The translations under genes were made by a program, and so were the position numbers. A stretch of 54,242 bases of DNA from positions 1 through 54,242 of the forward strand of contig JBMLOS010000123.1 of assembly GCA_049242845.1 (NCBI GenBank). The letters run 5' to 3'. The DNA is from Prochlorococcaceae cyanobacterium. Its GTDB lineage: Bacteria; Cyanobacteriota; Cyanobacteriia; PCC-6307; Cyanobiaceae. Below, one piece after another: positions 27,921-37,870 of this stretch; position 1 is the first letter of the stretch; each line of letters begins with the position of its first letter. The notes beneath the pieces are model-generated. The model did no database searches, was not told the DNA's origin, and saw only the letters and a program-made list of their open reading frames with translations.

Positions 27921-29189
27921 ATGCGGTTCCTGGCGCTCGCCATCCTCCTGTTCCTGCTCGCCTTCTTCGCGGCGGGGGAATTCGCCCTGATCCGCCTGCG
28001 CCCCAGCCGGGTGCAGCAGCTGGTGGAGGCCGGCGAACCGGGCGCCCGGGCGGTGGCGCGGCTGCAGCAGAGGCTGCGGCGGGTGCTGGTGGCCACCCAG
28101 CTGGGCACGGCCCTCTCCCTGGTGGCGATCGGCTGGACCGGCCGCAAGCTGGTGGAGGGGTTCGGCCTGGCGGCCACCGATCCCGGCCTGCGGCCCTGGC
28201 TGCTGGCGGGGGTGTTCCTGCTGCTCGTGCTGCTGGCCACCCTGCTGGGGGGCCTGGTGCCCAAGGCCTGGGTGCTGCACCAGCCCGAGAGCTCGGCCCT
28301 GCGGCTGGCGCCCCTGCTGGAATCGGTGAGCCGGGTGCTCGCCCCCCTGCTGCTGCTGATCGAACGCCTGGGGGGGCTGGTGCTGCGCCTGTTCGGGCTG
28401 CCGCGCAACTGGGACGAACTGGTGCCGGTGCTCTCGGCCGCCGAGCTCGAGACCCTGATCGAGAGCGGCAGCGTCACCGGCCTCGAGCCCGATGAGCAGA
28501 ACATCCTCGAGGGGGTGTTCTCCCTGCGGGACACCCTGGTGCGGGAGGTGATGGTGCCCCGCTCCGGCATGGAGACCCTGCCGGTGGGCGTGACCTTCGC
28601 CGCGATGATGGAGGCGGTGCACGGCACCCACCACGCCCGCTTCCCGGTGATCGGCCACTCGCTCGACGACGTGCGCGGGCTGCTCGACCTGCGGCGCCTG
28701 GCCGAACCGATGGCCCGCGGGCTGCTCCAGCCCGACACGCCCCTGGATCCCTACGTGCTGCCGGTGCAGCGGGTGCAGGAGAGCGCCTCGCTGGCCGATC
28801 TGCTGCCCCTGATCCGCAGCGGCCATCCCCTGCTGGTGGTGGTGGACGAGCACGGCGGCACCGAGGGCCTCGTGACCGTGGCCGACCTCACCGGCGAGAT
28901 CGTGGGGGAGGAGGAGGATGCCAGCGGCGACGCCGGCGACCTGCAGCAGCTGCAGGAGGACGCCTGGTCGGTGGCGGGGGATCTGGAGATCTTCGAGCTC
29001 AACCGCCAGCTGGGGCTGCGGTTGCCGGAGGCGGAGGGCCACCACACCCTGGCCGGCTTCCTGCTCGAGAGGTTGCAGCACATCCCCGCGCCGGGGGAGA
29101 CCCTCGGCTGGAAGGGCTACCAGTTCACGGTGGTGACCATGGACGGGCCGCGGATCGAGCGGGTGCGGATCAACCGCCGCCCCAGCTGA
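27921..29189 (+). CDS. Hemolysin-family CNNM/CBS/CorC protein (backbone copy)
   Basis: FFAAGEFALIRLR, LVPKA, EVMVPRS, HARFPV, VVDEHGGTEGLVT and TLAGF. Confidence 0.92.
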   Translation: MRFLALAILLFLLAFFAAGEFALIRLRPSRVQQLVEAGEPGARAVARLQQRLRRVLVATQLGTALSLVAIGWTGRKLVEGFGLAATDPGLRPWLLAGVFLLLVLLATLLGGLVPKAWVLHQPESSALRLAPLLESVSRVLAPLLLLIERLGGLVLRLFGLPRNWDELVPVLSAAELETLIESGSVTGLEPDEQNILEGVFSLRDTLVREVMVPRSGMETLPVGVTFAAMMEAVHGTHHARFPVIGHSLDDVRGLLDLRRLAEPMARGLLQPDTPLDPYVLPVQRVQESASLADLLPLIRSGHPLLVVVDEHGGTEGLVTVADLTGEIVGEEEDASGDAGDLQQLQEDAWSVAGDLEIFELNRQLGLRLPEAEGHHTLAGFLLERLQHIPAPGETLGWKGYQFTVVTMDGPRIERVRINRRPS

Positions 29190-29263
29190 ACCCGGCCGCG
29201 CTGAGCCCGGCCGCGCTGCGATGATCCCGTTGCGAAGATCCCGCTGTCGTGCGGCCTGCCGTC

Positions 29264-30256
29264 ATGAAGCCCGTCAAGGTTGGTGTGATCGGCATCGGCA
29301 ACATGGGCTGGCACCATGCCCGGGTGCTCAGCCTGCTCCGGGACGCGGAGCTGGTGGGGGTGGCCGATCCCGACGAGGCCCGCGGCCAGCTGGCGGTGGA
29401 GCAGTTCAACTGCAACTGGTTCGCCGATTACCGCACGATGCTGGAGCACGTGGAGGCGGTCTGCATCGCCGTGCCCACGCTGCTGCACCACCGGGTGGGC
29501 ATGCACTGCCTCGAGGCCGGGCTGCACGTGCTGATCGAGAAGCCGATCGCCGCCAGCCAGGAGGAGGCCGCCGACCTGATCCGGGCCGCCTCGGCCGCGG
29601 GCCGGCTGCTGCAGGTGGGCCACATCGAGCGCTTCAACCCCGCCTTCCGCGAGCTGGTGAAGGTGGTAGCCAACGAGGAGGTGGTGGTGCTGGAGGCGCG
29701 GCGCCACAGCCCCAACGCCGACCGGGCCAACGATGTGTCGGTGGTGCTCGACCTGATGATCCACGACATCGACCTGGTGCTGGAGCTGGCCGGGGCGCCG
29801 GTGGTGCGGCTGGCGGCGGCGGGGGGCCGCAGCGCCGAGGGCCCGATCGACTACGTGAACGCCACCCTGGGTTTTGCCAACGGCGTGGTGGCCAGCCTCA
29901 CGGCCAGCAAGATGGCCCACCGCAAGATCCGCAGCCTCAGCGCCCACTGCCGCAGCAGCCTGATGGAAACGGACTTCCTCAACCACAATCTCCGCATCCA
30001 CCGCCGCTCCCACGGCTCGGTGAGCGCCGAGCACGGCGAGCTGGTGTACCGCAACGACGGCTTCATCGAGGAGGTGAGCACCACCTCGATCGAGCCGCTC
30101 TACGCCGAGCTGGAGCACTTCCTCCAGTGCGTGCGCGGCGAGGAGACCCCGGCCGTGGATGGGCTGCAGGCCTCCCGGGCGCTGCAGCTGGCGGATCTGA
30201 TCGAGCAGTGCGTCGAGCAGCCGAGCCTCTGCATGGCCCTCGACGCCCCGATCTGA
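29264..30256 (+). CDS. Gfo/Idh/MocA family oxidoreductase
   Basis: GVIGIGNMG, VLIEKP, GHIERFNP and DLMIHDID; ATG 29264 (alternative GTG 29249). Confidence 0.93.
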   Translation: MKPVKVGVIGIGNMGWHHARVLSLLRDAELVGVADPDEARGQLAVEQFNCNWFADYRTMLEHVEAVCIAVPTLLHHRVGMHCLEAGLHVLIEKPIAASQEEAADLIRAASAAGRLLQVGHIERFNPAFRELVKVVANEEVVVLEARRHSPNADRANDVSVVLDLMIHDIDLVLELAGAPVVRLAAAGGRSAEGPIDYVNATLGFANGVVASLTASKMAHRKIRSLSAHCRSSLMETDFLNHNLRIHRRSHGSVSAEHGELVYRNDGFIEEVSTTSIEPLYAELEHFLQCVRGEETPAVDGLQASRALQLADLIEQCVEQPSLCMALDAPI

Positions 30257-30258
30257 TC

Positions 30259-33200
30259 TCAGCCTTCTGAGCTCGCTGCCGTGCTCTGGGAGGCGCCGGC
30301 CTCGGTGAGTTCCCGCAGGGCCTGGAGCTGCCAGCGGCGGCAGGCGGCCGGGGAGGAGCGGTAGAAACGGTCCCAGGCATCGGCCTTGTGGAGGCCGTAG
30401 TCGGCGGCGGGCACCTCGGGATGGTCCTGCTGCCAGCCCACCCGCACCGCATGGCCGATCACCACGTCGAGGGCGAGGTCGTCGTCGAAGTGCACCTGCG
30501 GGTTGGCCCCCACGAAGGCCATCAGCGTCACCAGGGTCTCGATGCAGAGGCGGCGGTACTCCGACGCCTCGATCTTGCTGAGCAGGTGCTCCACCAGGAT
30601 GGCGAAATTGCGCTCCCCCGGGGTCTTCTCGCTCAGCAGCGGGGCGCTCTCGAGCCGGTTGCGGCGCTCCAGCTTGTCGCCGATCACCAGGCCGTCGCAG
30701 TGGTGGAGCAGATCCCAGATGCCGGCGTGGAAATCGCGCGGCACGCGCTGCAGCGCCCCGAGGCGCTGGCGGTGCTGCAGCCAGTCGCCCCCGTTCGGCA
30801 GCTCCTCGAGCGGATCGGGCACCTCCCAGCGCACCCGGCCGCGCACGTGCAGGTGCTCCTTGCGCTGCAGGGAGGCGCGGGCATGGTCCACATCGGCCAG
30901 CAGGGCCCGCAGGCGGCGCCGCAGGGCATGGGGCGGCAGGCCGCAGAGCCGCTCGAAGGCATCGCTCTGGCTGAGATCGAACTCGGTGGCCAGCTCCCCG
31001 GTGAGCAGCAGCAGCAGCTGGCCCAGCTGAAGGGTGAGACTGCCGCTCAGCAGGGTGGGCTCCAGCCGCGCCAGGCCGTCGAGGGCGAGGAGCAGCTCCT
31101 GCTGCAGCATCCATTCGCGGCCGTCGTCGCCGCTGTAGCGGCGGATCCGCTCGGCGATCGTGAGGCTGCTGGCCGGTTCGCTGATCAGGGAATCGTGGGT
31201 GTAGTTGCGCCCCACCACCACCTGCTTCTGGCGCACCAGCAGATCGATCAGGGCGTCCTCCAGCTGGGGATGCACCAGGCCCATCACCCCGGCGCAGCGC
31301 CGCACCACGTTCCAGTCGCCCTCCGCCAGGGCACGGCGGTACACCTCCCCCACCAGCACGGGCAGCCGCAGGGGCACGCCGGTGCCGGGCCCCTGCAGCA
31401 CGGCATGGGGACCGAGGCGGCGCACCAGCTGCTCGAGCACCTCGCTCTGCTCCTCCAGGGAAGTGCTGTTCCAGAGCCGCTCCGCCAGGGTGGCCACAGG
31501 GGTCTGCTCCAGCTCCAGCTCCTGCTCCTGGCGGGCCGTGAGGGGCTGGTGGCCCGTGCTGGCCCGCAGCGGCAGCTGGCTGGCCCGCGGTACGGGGAGG
31601 GTGTCGGGCGGCTCCACCGGCGGCAGATCGATCACGCTCAGCTGATCGATCACCTCCGGCAGGGCAACCAGCTGCAGCGGCACCCCCTCGAGCTCGCCGC
31701 TCTGCAGGGCCCGGCCGAGGCGCAGGAAGGCCTCAGGATCGCGGCGGAAGGGCCCCGCCGCCACGGGCACAAGCAGCAGCGGGAGGGTGGAGGCACGCCA
31801 GTGGCGGCGCAGCAGCCGCAGTTCGCCCGCCACCGCGTCCGCCAGCTGCTCGGGGTCGTCCGCCAGGTAGAAGGTGCCCTCCTCCAGCACCGCCGGCAGA
31901 TAGGCCCGCAGTTCCCCGGCCTGGCGATAGAGGCGGGCCGTGGCCATGGTCTCGATCCGCACGGGGGGATGGCCGCTCAGCCCCAGCAGAGGATTGGCGC
32001 CCACCGCCCCCAGCTGGCGGCCCAGGGCGCGGGAGCTGCCCACCCGCACCGGATCGCCGGGACCCGTGAGCGGCAGCCCCGCCTCCCGCAGGGCGGCCGC
32101 GATCCCCTCGTCCGCCGGCACCAGGCTCACCAGCACCCGCTCCGCTCCGAGGGCCCTCAGCTGGCGGCGGCCGCTGGGGTCGAGATCGGCCGGGGTGATC
32201 AGGCCATGCAGCAGCAGATCCCCCAGCCAGGTGAGGCTCTGGGTCCAGAGCAGCGGCACGTTCTCATTGGGCTCGCGTTCCTGGCTGCCCGGGATGGCCC
32301 GCTCGGCCTCGATCGCCTCCTCCGGCACCCGGTAGAGCTCCGGCAGCAGAGGAACCCCTTCCACCTCCACGCTCACCGCATCCAGCCGCTCCCGCCAGCG
32401 CCGCGCCTCCTCCCAGCGCCCCTCGCAGCAGGCGGTCACCAGCTCATAGGCCAGGAAGAGGGGCCATTCGCACTCGATGTGCTCGAACTGGGCCAGCTCC
32501 TCAAGCTCGTAGTGCAGACGGGTCACGTCCTCCACCACGGTCTGGTGGCCATCGCGGCGGAAGCGCTTGTAGCCGTAGGCCCCGCCCAGGTCGCGGCGGA
32601 TGCGGCGGCGGGTGCGCTCCACCAGACCGGGGTCCTCCACGGCCCAGGCGGGGTAGCCGATCACCGCGAGGCAGGCGCTGTCGGCCTCCTTGCTGGCGGA
32701 TTCGCGCGGCAGCAGGTTGAGCAGGGCGCGCCGCAGCCGCACCATCGCGTCGTGGGGAATGGTGAGGCGGAAGCTGCCGTCGCCGTGGGGGCCGTAGAGG
32801 TCGAGGTCCTCCAGGGCCTCGAGGGCGGCCTTCACCATGCCGATCGAGCTGGCGTTCCGCTCCGGCAGCCCGTGGTTGCCCTTGTCGCCCCGCTCCCAGA
32901 TGCCGTAGTCGGCCACCCGGTAGGCCCGGGCCACGTAGTACACCAGGTTCTGGACGAAATCCCGCTCGTGGCTGGTCTGCACGATCACCAGGCCGGAGCG
33001 GGTGAGCTGGGCCAGCTGCAGCAGGAACAGGGCGGTGGCATCGAGCTGCAGATGCCCCCAGCCGTCGTCGGGCACCACCGGATCGCCGGTGGCGGTGTCG
33101 AACTTGGCGTGGATGGCATCGAGCCGATCGAGGCTGCCCTTGAAGCGCTCCACCTTCTCCGCCTGGCGGAGCATGGCTGTGAGCAGGCCGCGCATCAGCT

Positions 33201-33525
33201 GCAGCACCCGCTGCTCGAGCTCATGGGGGCGCCGGCCCGGCCCGTTCAGCCGCCGGTGGGCCAGGGCCAGCCCCCAGACGCACTGGATGGAGTACACGCA
33301 GTCGCGCACCCAGGCATCGCCGTAGTTGCCGTGCACGGTGTGGGCCGTGCTGGCCGGCAGCAGGCCGGTGAGCGGATGCTGGCGCCGCAGCACCACCTGC
33401 TCGATCTGCTGGTCGAGCCGCTCCAGCAGGGCCAGGGCCGCCCGGGTGGCTTCCCCGCCCTCCATGTCCGGGGGGATCGGAACCGCCGGGACGAGGGCGT
33501 CGAAGGAGGCGCTGGAGATCTGCAT
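30259..33525 (-). CDS. Glycoside hydrolase family 15 / phosphorylase kinase alpha-beta-like protein
   Basis: ATG 33525; TGLLPAS, DAWVRD, WGHLQLDA, DYGIWERG, LPRESASKE, RFRRDGHQT and IECEWPLF. Confidence 0.88.
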   Translation of the reverse strand: MQISSASFDALVPAVPIPPDMEGGEATRAALALLERLDQQIEQVVLRRQHPLTGLLPASTAHTVHGNYGDAWVRDCVYSIQCVWGLALAHRRLNGPGRRPHELEQRVLQLMRGLLTAMLRQAEKVERFKGSLDRLDAIHAKFDTATGDPVVPDDGWGHLQLDATALFLLQLAQLTRSGLVIVQTSHERDFVQNLVYYVARAYRVADYGIWERGDKGNHGLPERNASSIGMVKAALEALEDLDLYGPHGDGSFRLTIPHDAMVRLRRALLNLLPRESASKEADSACLAVIGYPAWAVEDPGLVERTRRRIRRDLGGAYGYKRFRRDGHQTVVEDVTRLHYELEELAQFEHIECEWPLFLAYELVTACCEGRWEEARRWRERLDAVSVEVEGVPLLPELYRVPEEAIEAERAIPGSQEREPNENVPLLWTQSLTWLGDLLLHGLITPADLDPSGRRQLRALGAERVLVSLVPADEGIAAALREAGLPLTGPGDPVRVGSSRALGRQLGAVGANPLLGLSGHPPVRIETMATARLYRQAGELRAYLPAVLEEGTFYLADDPEQLADAVAGELRLLRRHWRASTLPLLLVPVAAGPFRRDPEAFLRLGRALQSGELEGVPLQLVALPEVIDQLSVIDLPPVEPPDTLPVPRASQLPLRASTGHQPLTARQEQELELEQTPVATLAERLWNSTSLEEQSEVLEQLVRRLGPHAVLQGPGTGVPLRLPVLVGEVYRRALAEGDWNVVRRCAGVMGLVHPQLEDALIDLLVRQKQVVVGRNYTHDSLISEPASSLTIAERIRRYSGDDGREWMLQQELLLALDGLARLEPTLLSGSLTLQLGQLLLLLTGELATEFDLSQSDAFERLCGLPPHALRRRLRALLADVDHARASLQRKEHLHVRGRVRWEVPDPLEELPNGGDWLQHRQRLGALQRVPRDFHAGIWDLLHHCDGLVIGDKLERRNRLESAPLLSEKTPGERNFAILVEHLLSKIEASEYRRLCIETLVTLMAFVGANPQVHFDDDLALDVVIGHAVRVGWQQDHPEVPAADYGLHKADAWDRFYRSSPAACRRWQLQALRELTEAGASQSTAASSEG

Positions 33526-33571
33526 GCGTCCACCGTGAGCCATAGATTCTCTCGCGCAGCGATTCCCGGCC

Positions 33572-34372
33572 ATGGCAGCGAAGGCGACCGATCTCCGCCG
33601 CACCCGGGTCCTGGGCGTGCCGGTGGATGTGGGCAGCGATGTGTTCGCCGCCGCCCTGGCGCTGCGGGAGCGGGGGGGAGGCCAGGTGGTGACCCTCAAC
33701 GCCGAGATGACGATGGCGGCCCTGGCGGATCCGGAGCTCGGCGCGGCGGTGGAGGGGGCGGACCTGGTGATCCCCGATGGGGCCGGGGTGGTGTGGGCCG
33801 TGGGCCTGCAGGGCTTCCGGGTGCGGCGCACCCCCGGCATCGAACTGGCCCATCGCCTGCTGGAGGAGGCCGCCGCTGGCGGCTGGCGGGTGGCGCTGGT
33901 GGGCGCTTCGCCGGCGGTGATGGAGGCGCTGCTGGAGCGGCTGCGGCAGGCGCTGCCGGGGCTGTCGCCGGTGTTCGCCTGCCACGGCTACCAGCCGCCG
34001 GAGGCCTGGCCGGGCCTGGAGGAGCAGCTCCGCCGGGCCAATCCCGACCTGGTGCTCGTGGCCCTGGGGGTGCCCCGCCAGGAAACCTGGATCCAGCGCT
34101 TCCCGGGGCGCCGCGGCGGCCTCTGGATGGGGGTGGGCGGCAGCTTCGACGTGTGGGCCGGCACCAAGAAACGGGCACCCGGCTGGATGGGGGCCCTGCA
34201 CATCGAATGGCTCTACCGGCTGATCCAGGAGCCGAGCCGCTGGCGGCGGATGCTGGCCCTGCCGGCCTTCGCCTGGGCCGTGCTGCGCCACGGCAGCCGC
34301 CGGCCGACCTTCGCGGCGCCTCTCCCCACCGGCGTGCCTGGAGCCACAGACAAAACCACCGGCCGGGTCTGA
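33572..34372 (+). CDS. WecB/TagA/CpsF family glycosyltransferase
   Basis: VTLNAE, IPDGAGVV, LVALGVPRQE, GVGGSFDV, KRAP and EWLYRL. Confidence 0.93.
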   Translation: MAAKATDLRRTRVLGVPVDVGSDVFAAALALRERGGGQVVTLNAEMTMAALADPELGAAVEGADLVIPDGAGVVWAVGLQGFRVRRTPGIELAHRLLEEAAAGGWRVALVGASPAVMEALLERLRQALPGLSPVFACHGYQPPEAWPGLEEQLRRANPDLVLVALGVPRQETWIQRFPGRRGGLWMGVGGSFDVWAGTKKRAPGWMGALHIEWLYRLIQEPSRWRRMLALPAFAWAVLRHGSRRPTFAAPLPTGVPGATDKTTGRV

Positions 34373-34411
34373 TCCCGCCGGTGGCCGTTGCTCTTCAGGT
34401 GATCAGGCCGT

Positions 34412-34573
34412 TCAGCGGAAGCCCACGGAGGCCTGCCACACGAAGGCAAGCAGCAGGAAGAACAGGGGAATGATCGGCAGGATGTCCACCAGGGGGCCGA
34501 ACGCCTGGTAGGCCTCGGGCAGCTGGGCCATGGTGTGGAGGGCGGAGCCGGCCAGCAGCGAGGAGAGAGCCAT
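34412..34573 (-). CDS. psbK: Photosystem II reaction centre protein K
   Basis: [38 protein letters not shown]; ATG 34573. Confidence 0.98.
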   Translation of the reverse strand: MALSSLLAGSALHTMAQLPEAYQAFGPLVDILPIIPLFFLLLAFVWQASVGFR

Positions 34574-34599
34574 CCCTGGAACAGTGCGGTGGTCGGAAC

Positions 34600-35727
34600 C
34601 TACCACGTGTGCGCCGCCTCCGAATCCGGCTCCCACGGAGCGAAATCCTCTGAAAAACAGCCCTCGCGGATGGCCTGGCCCATGGCCGTGGTGAAGCGCA
34701 CCAGGGTGGTGATGTTGTGCAGGCTGAGCAGGGTGCGGCCGAGCATCTCGCCGCTGCGGATCAGGTGGTGCAGGTAGGCGCGGCTGTGGTGGCGGCAGGC
34801 CAGGCAGGGGCAGCGCCCATCGAGGGGAGCGTGGTCATGCCGGAAGCGGGCATTGCGCAGATTCCAGCGCTCGCCGTTCACCAGGGCGGTGCCGTGGCGG
34901 CCCAGGCGGGTGGGGAGCACGCAGTCGAACAGGTCGAAGCCGTGGGCCACGGCGATCGCCATCTCCCGCAGGCTGCCCACCCCCATCAGATAGTGCGGCT
35001 TCTGCTCCGGCAGCAGCGGGGCCACCAGCCGCACGATCCTGTGCATCTCCTCCGGGGGCTCCCCCACGCTCACCCCGCCCACGGCGATGCCCGGCAGATC
35101 GAAGGAGGCCACCGCCCGGGTGGATTCCTCGCGCAGATGGGGATAGCAGCCGCCCTGGGCGATGCCGAACAGGGCCTGATCGGGGCGCCGGTGGGTGGTC
35201 ACGCAGCGCTCCAGCCAGTGGAGGGTGCGGCGGCAGGCGGCGGACACCTCCGTTTCGGAGGCGGGATAGGGGGGGCACTGGTCGAAGGCCATGGCCACAT
35301 CGGCGCCGAGGGCCTCCTGGATCTCCATGGCCCGCTCGGGGGTGAGCTGGATGCGGGCGCCGTCCCGGGGGGAGCGGAACACCACGCCGGTGTCATCGAT
35401 GCGGTTGATGGCGCCGAGGCTGAACACCTGGAAGCCGCCGGAATCGGTGAGCAGCGGTCCCTTCCAGCCCATGAAGCGGTGCAGGCCGCCGGCCTCCTCC
35501 ACCACGGTTTCGCCGGGCTGGAGATGGAGGTGGTAGGTGTTCGCCAGCACCATCTGACTGCCGGTCTCGGCCAGCTGGGGAGCCGTGATCCCCTTCACCG
35601 TGGCGGCGGTGCCCACCGGCATGAAGCGGGGCGTCTCCACCACGCCGTGGGGGGTGTGGAAGCGGCCGCAGCGGGCCCGGGTGCAGCGGCAGCGGTCGGT
35701 GATCGCAAAGGAGAATGGGGTCTCGAT
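34600..35727 (-). CDS. tgt: tRNA-guanine transglycosylase (start codon uncertain)
   Basis: [35 protein letters not shown] and CPCLAC zinc site. Homology extends upstream of GTG 35643 to about ATC 35727. Confidence 0.95.
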   Translation of the reverse strand: METPFSFAITDRCRCTRARCGRFHTPHGVVETPRFMPVGTAATVKGITAPQLAETGSQMVLANTYHLHLQPGETVVEEAGGLHRFMGWKGPLLTDSGGFQVFSLGAINRIDDTGVVFRSPRDGARIQLTPERAMEIQEALGADVAMAFDQCPPYPASETEVSAACRRTLHWLERCVTTHRRPDQALFGIAQGGCYPHLREESTRAVASFDLPGIAVGGVSVGEPPEEMHRIVRLVAPLLPEQKPHYLMGVGSLREMAIAVAHGFDLFDCVLPTRLGRHGTALVNGERWNLRNARFRHDHAPLDGRCPCLACRHHSRAYLHHLIRSGEMLGRTLLSLHNITTLVRFTTAMGQAIREGCFSEDFAPWEPDSEAAHTW

Positions 35728-35757
35728 GGCGCCGTGGTGGTGCTGCGCTGACGCTAC

Positions 35758-36588
35758 GTGTCATCCCCCTCCGGCCCGCCTTCCCAGGAGCCAGGCCCGC
35801 CCCCCGCTCCCGGGGGCGGCTGGCTGGGGGATCTGGCCGGCGCCTGGATCTTCTACACCGTGCTGCCGGCCTGGCCCGGGATTGAGCCCCGCTTCGCGCG
35901 GATCGCCCGCTTCGCGCCCTGGATCGGTGCCCTGCTGGGGGGCAGCCAGGCCCTGCTGTGGGTGGTCCTGGAGGGGCGCGCCCCCCTGCTCACCCAGGCC
36001 GCCCTGGTGATCGCGCTCGGCAACGGCCTCAGCGGCGGGCTGCACGCCGATGGCGCCATGGACACCGCCGATGGCCTGGCGGCGGGGGAGCGCTGCCAGG
36101 AGGCGATGGCCGACAGCCGGGTGGGGGCCAGCGGCGTGCTGGCCCTGGCCCAGCTGCTGCTGCTGCGGCTGGCGGGCCTGGCCTGGCTGGCGGCCGCGGC
36201 GCCGGCGGCCGCGCCGGCCGCCCTGGTGTGGGCAGGCTTCTGGGGGCGGGTGGCGCCACTGATCGCCATGCACCGCTTCCCCTACCGCAGTGCCCGCGGC
36301 AGCGCCTCTTTCCACCGGGAGGGCAGCCGCGGCCTGGCGCGGGAGCTGCTCCCCGCGGCCGTGCTGCTGGCCGGGGCGGGGGCGACCCTGCTGGCCGGAG
36401 GCGCCGGAACCGTGCTCCTGGCCGGGGCGGCCGGTGCGATCCCGGCGGTGGCGGTGCCCCTCTGGCTGGGGCGCAGGCTCGGCAGCCACAGCGGCGACAG
36501 CTACGGCGCCTGCGTGGAGTGGACCGAGAGCCTCACCCTGCTGCTGGCCGGGGCGCTGCTGACGGCCGGGGGGAGCGGGGCAGGCTGA
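35758..36588 (+). CDS. cobS: Adenosylcobinamide-GDP ribazoletransferase
   Basis: [24 protein letters not shown] and GDSYGACVE. Confidence 0.93.
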   Translation: MSSPSGPPSQEPGPPPAPGGGWLGDLAGAWIFYTVLPAWPGIEPRFARIARFAPWIGALLGGSQALLWVVLEGRAPLLTQAALVIALGNGLSGGLHADGAMDTADGLAAGERCQEAMADSRVGASGVLALAQLLLLRLAGLAWLAAAAPAAAPAALVWAGFWGRVAPLIAMHRFPYRSARGSASFHREGSRGLARELLPAAVLLAGAGATLLAGGAGTVLLAGAAGAIPAVAVPLWLGRRLGSHSGDSYGACVEWTESLTLLLAGALLTAGGSGAG

Positions 36589-37678
36589 GCCGGAAGACGT
36601 TGCCCTGGAGGGGCAGGGCGGAATCGAGGCTGGCCGGGGAGGGGAGCAGCTCCAGCTCACCGCCCAGCTGGCGGGCCAGGTCGCGGGCCAGGGCCAGCCC
36701 CAGCCCGGTGCCGGGGCGCTGGCGGCCGGCGCTGCCGCGCACCCCCCGCCCGAAGATCGCCTCCCGCTCCTCCGCGGGGATGGGCGGCCCCCCATCCCAG
36801 ACGCTCAGCCCCAGGGGGTCGGCTTCGCCCTGCACTTGCAGGCCGATCGGGGCCCCGGCCGGGCTGTAGCGGAAGGCGTTCTCGAGCAGGTTGGCCAGGA
36901 TCTCGGCCACGGCGGCGCTGTCGCCGCTCCAGGCGGGCAGCGCACCGGGGCCGTGCCAGGCGCGACCCTGCAGGGCGGCCATGGCATCGGCGCGCTGCAA
37001 GAGCGGCTCCACCACCTCGGCCAGGGGCTGGCTCTCCGCCCCCGCCAGCCCCGGCGGCAGCAGCAGGGGCGCGGTGGCCGGCGAAACGGCCAGAGCCTCG
37101 GGGGGCGCCAGGGCACTGATCGCCTCCACATAGCGGTTCAGCTGCCGTTCCTCCGCCAGCAGCCCCTCCACCAGGGGCCGGGTGGCGGGATCCTGGTCGA
37201 GGCGCCGCCGCAGCAGCTGGGCGAAGGTGCGCAGGGCCGCCAGGGGATTGCGGAGCTGGTGCACCAGCAGGCGCAGCTGCTCGTCCTGGCGCTGCTGGCG
37301 CTGCAGCAGGTGCTGGCGCTCCAGATCGAGCCGCAGGGACTCGGTGAGGCTGTGGGCCACCGCTTCGAGGCGCTGCAGCAGGGGCAGCGGCCAGGCGGGG
37401 CTGCGGCATTCCACCTGCAGCGCCCCGAGCAGGGCCCGGTCGTGGGGGGGGGGGGGGGGGCGGCGCCCCCCCCCCCCCGGCACCTGCAGGCTGCGGTCCA
37501 TCGCCACCGCGGGGAGGGCGCGCACCTCCGGAGGCCAGTGCCCCACCGGCACCAGGTGGGGGCGCCCCTCGGGGTCGGGCAGGGCCAGGTAGACCACCAC
37601 CGAGCGCAGATCGTCGCGGTCCACGAACTGGGCCAGCTGGCTGGTCAGCAGAGCCAGAAACCGCTCCGAGACCTGCAT
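36533..37678 (-). CDS. GAF-like sensor histidine kinase, Hik2/CSK type
   Basis: ATG 37678 MQVSERF; H-box HQLRNPLAALRTF, N-box NLLENAFRY, DGGP and GTGLGL. Syntenic with cobS and DUF3155. Confidence 0.85.
   Translation of the reverse strand: MQVSERFLALLTSQLAQFVDRDDLRSVVVYLALPDPEGRPHLVPVGHWPPEVRALPAVAMDRSLQVPGGGGRRPPPPPHDRALLGALQVECRSPAWPLPLLQRLEAVAHSLTESLRLDLERQHLLQRQQRQDEQLRLLVHQLRNPLAALRTFAQLLRRRLDQDPATRPLVEGLLAEERQLNRYVEAISALAPPEALAVSPATAPLLLPPGLAGAESQPLAEVVEPLLQRADAMAALQGRAWHGPGALPAWSGDSAAVAEILANLLENAFRYSPAGAPIGLQVQGEADPLGLSVWDGGPPIPAEEREAIFGRGVRGSAGRQRPGTGLGLALARDLARQLGGELELLPSPASLDSALPLQGNVFRLSLPRSPRPSAAPRPAAG
37444..37478. repeat. G17 and C13 homopolymer pair inside the kinase gene
   Basis: G17 (37444-37460), cggcg, C13 (37466-37478); reading frame preserved. 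Confidence 0.9.
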
Positions 37679-37704
37679 CAGAGGGGGTGGCCGGCGGAGT
37701 CCGG

Positions 37705-37775
37705 AAAAAAAATCGGCCGGACCGTTGGAAATCCGACAAAAAGTCTTAAGATCTTGGTATCGACCAATACTTCCC
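37705..37775. promoter_or_regulatory. AT-rich divergent promoter region with short palindromes
   Basis: A-tracts plus TCTTAAGA and TTGGT-atcg-ACCAA palindromes between the divergent hik2-like and DUF3155 genes; binding factor unknown. Confidence 0.4.
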
Positions 37776-37870
37776 AGTCCGCGAGCGGGCGGCAAGTCCC
37801 AGTCGTCACGGCCTACGTTGCGCTTCCGCGTAAATCAGGCTACAGCAGAAGCAGGAGCGTCCCCTCCCCT

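Noticed and set aside
29191-29218. Short intergenic tandem duplications (cccggccgcgctg x2 here; cactgaagcca x2 at 40844-40865)
   Set aside because: Only two copies with no spacers; slippage duplications, not CRISPR or REP elements.
36533-36588. 56-nt convergent overlap of cobS and the kinase
   Set aside because: Both tails are low-complexity extensions, common in GC-rich genomes.
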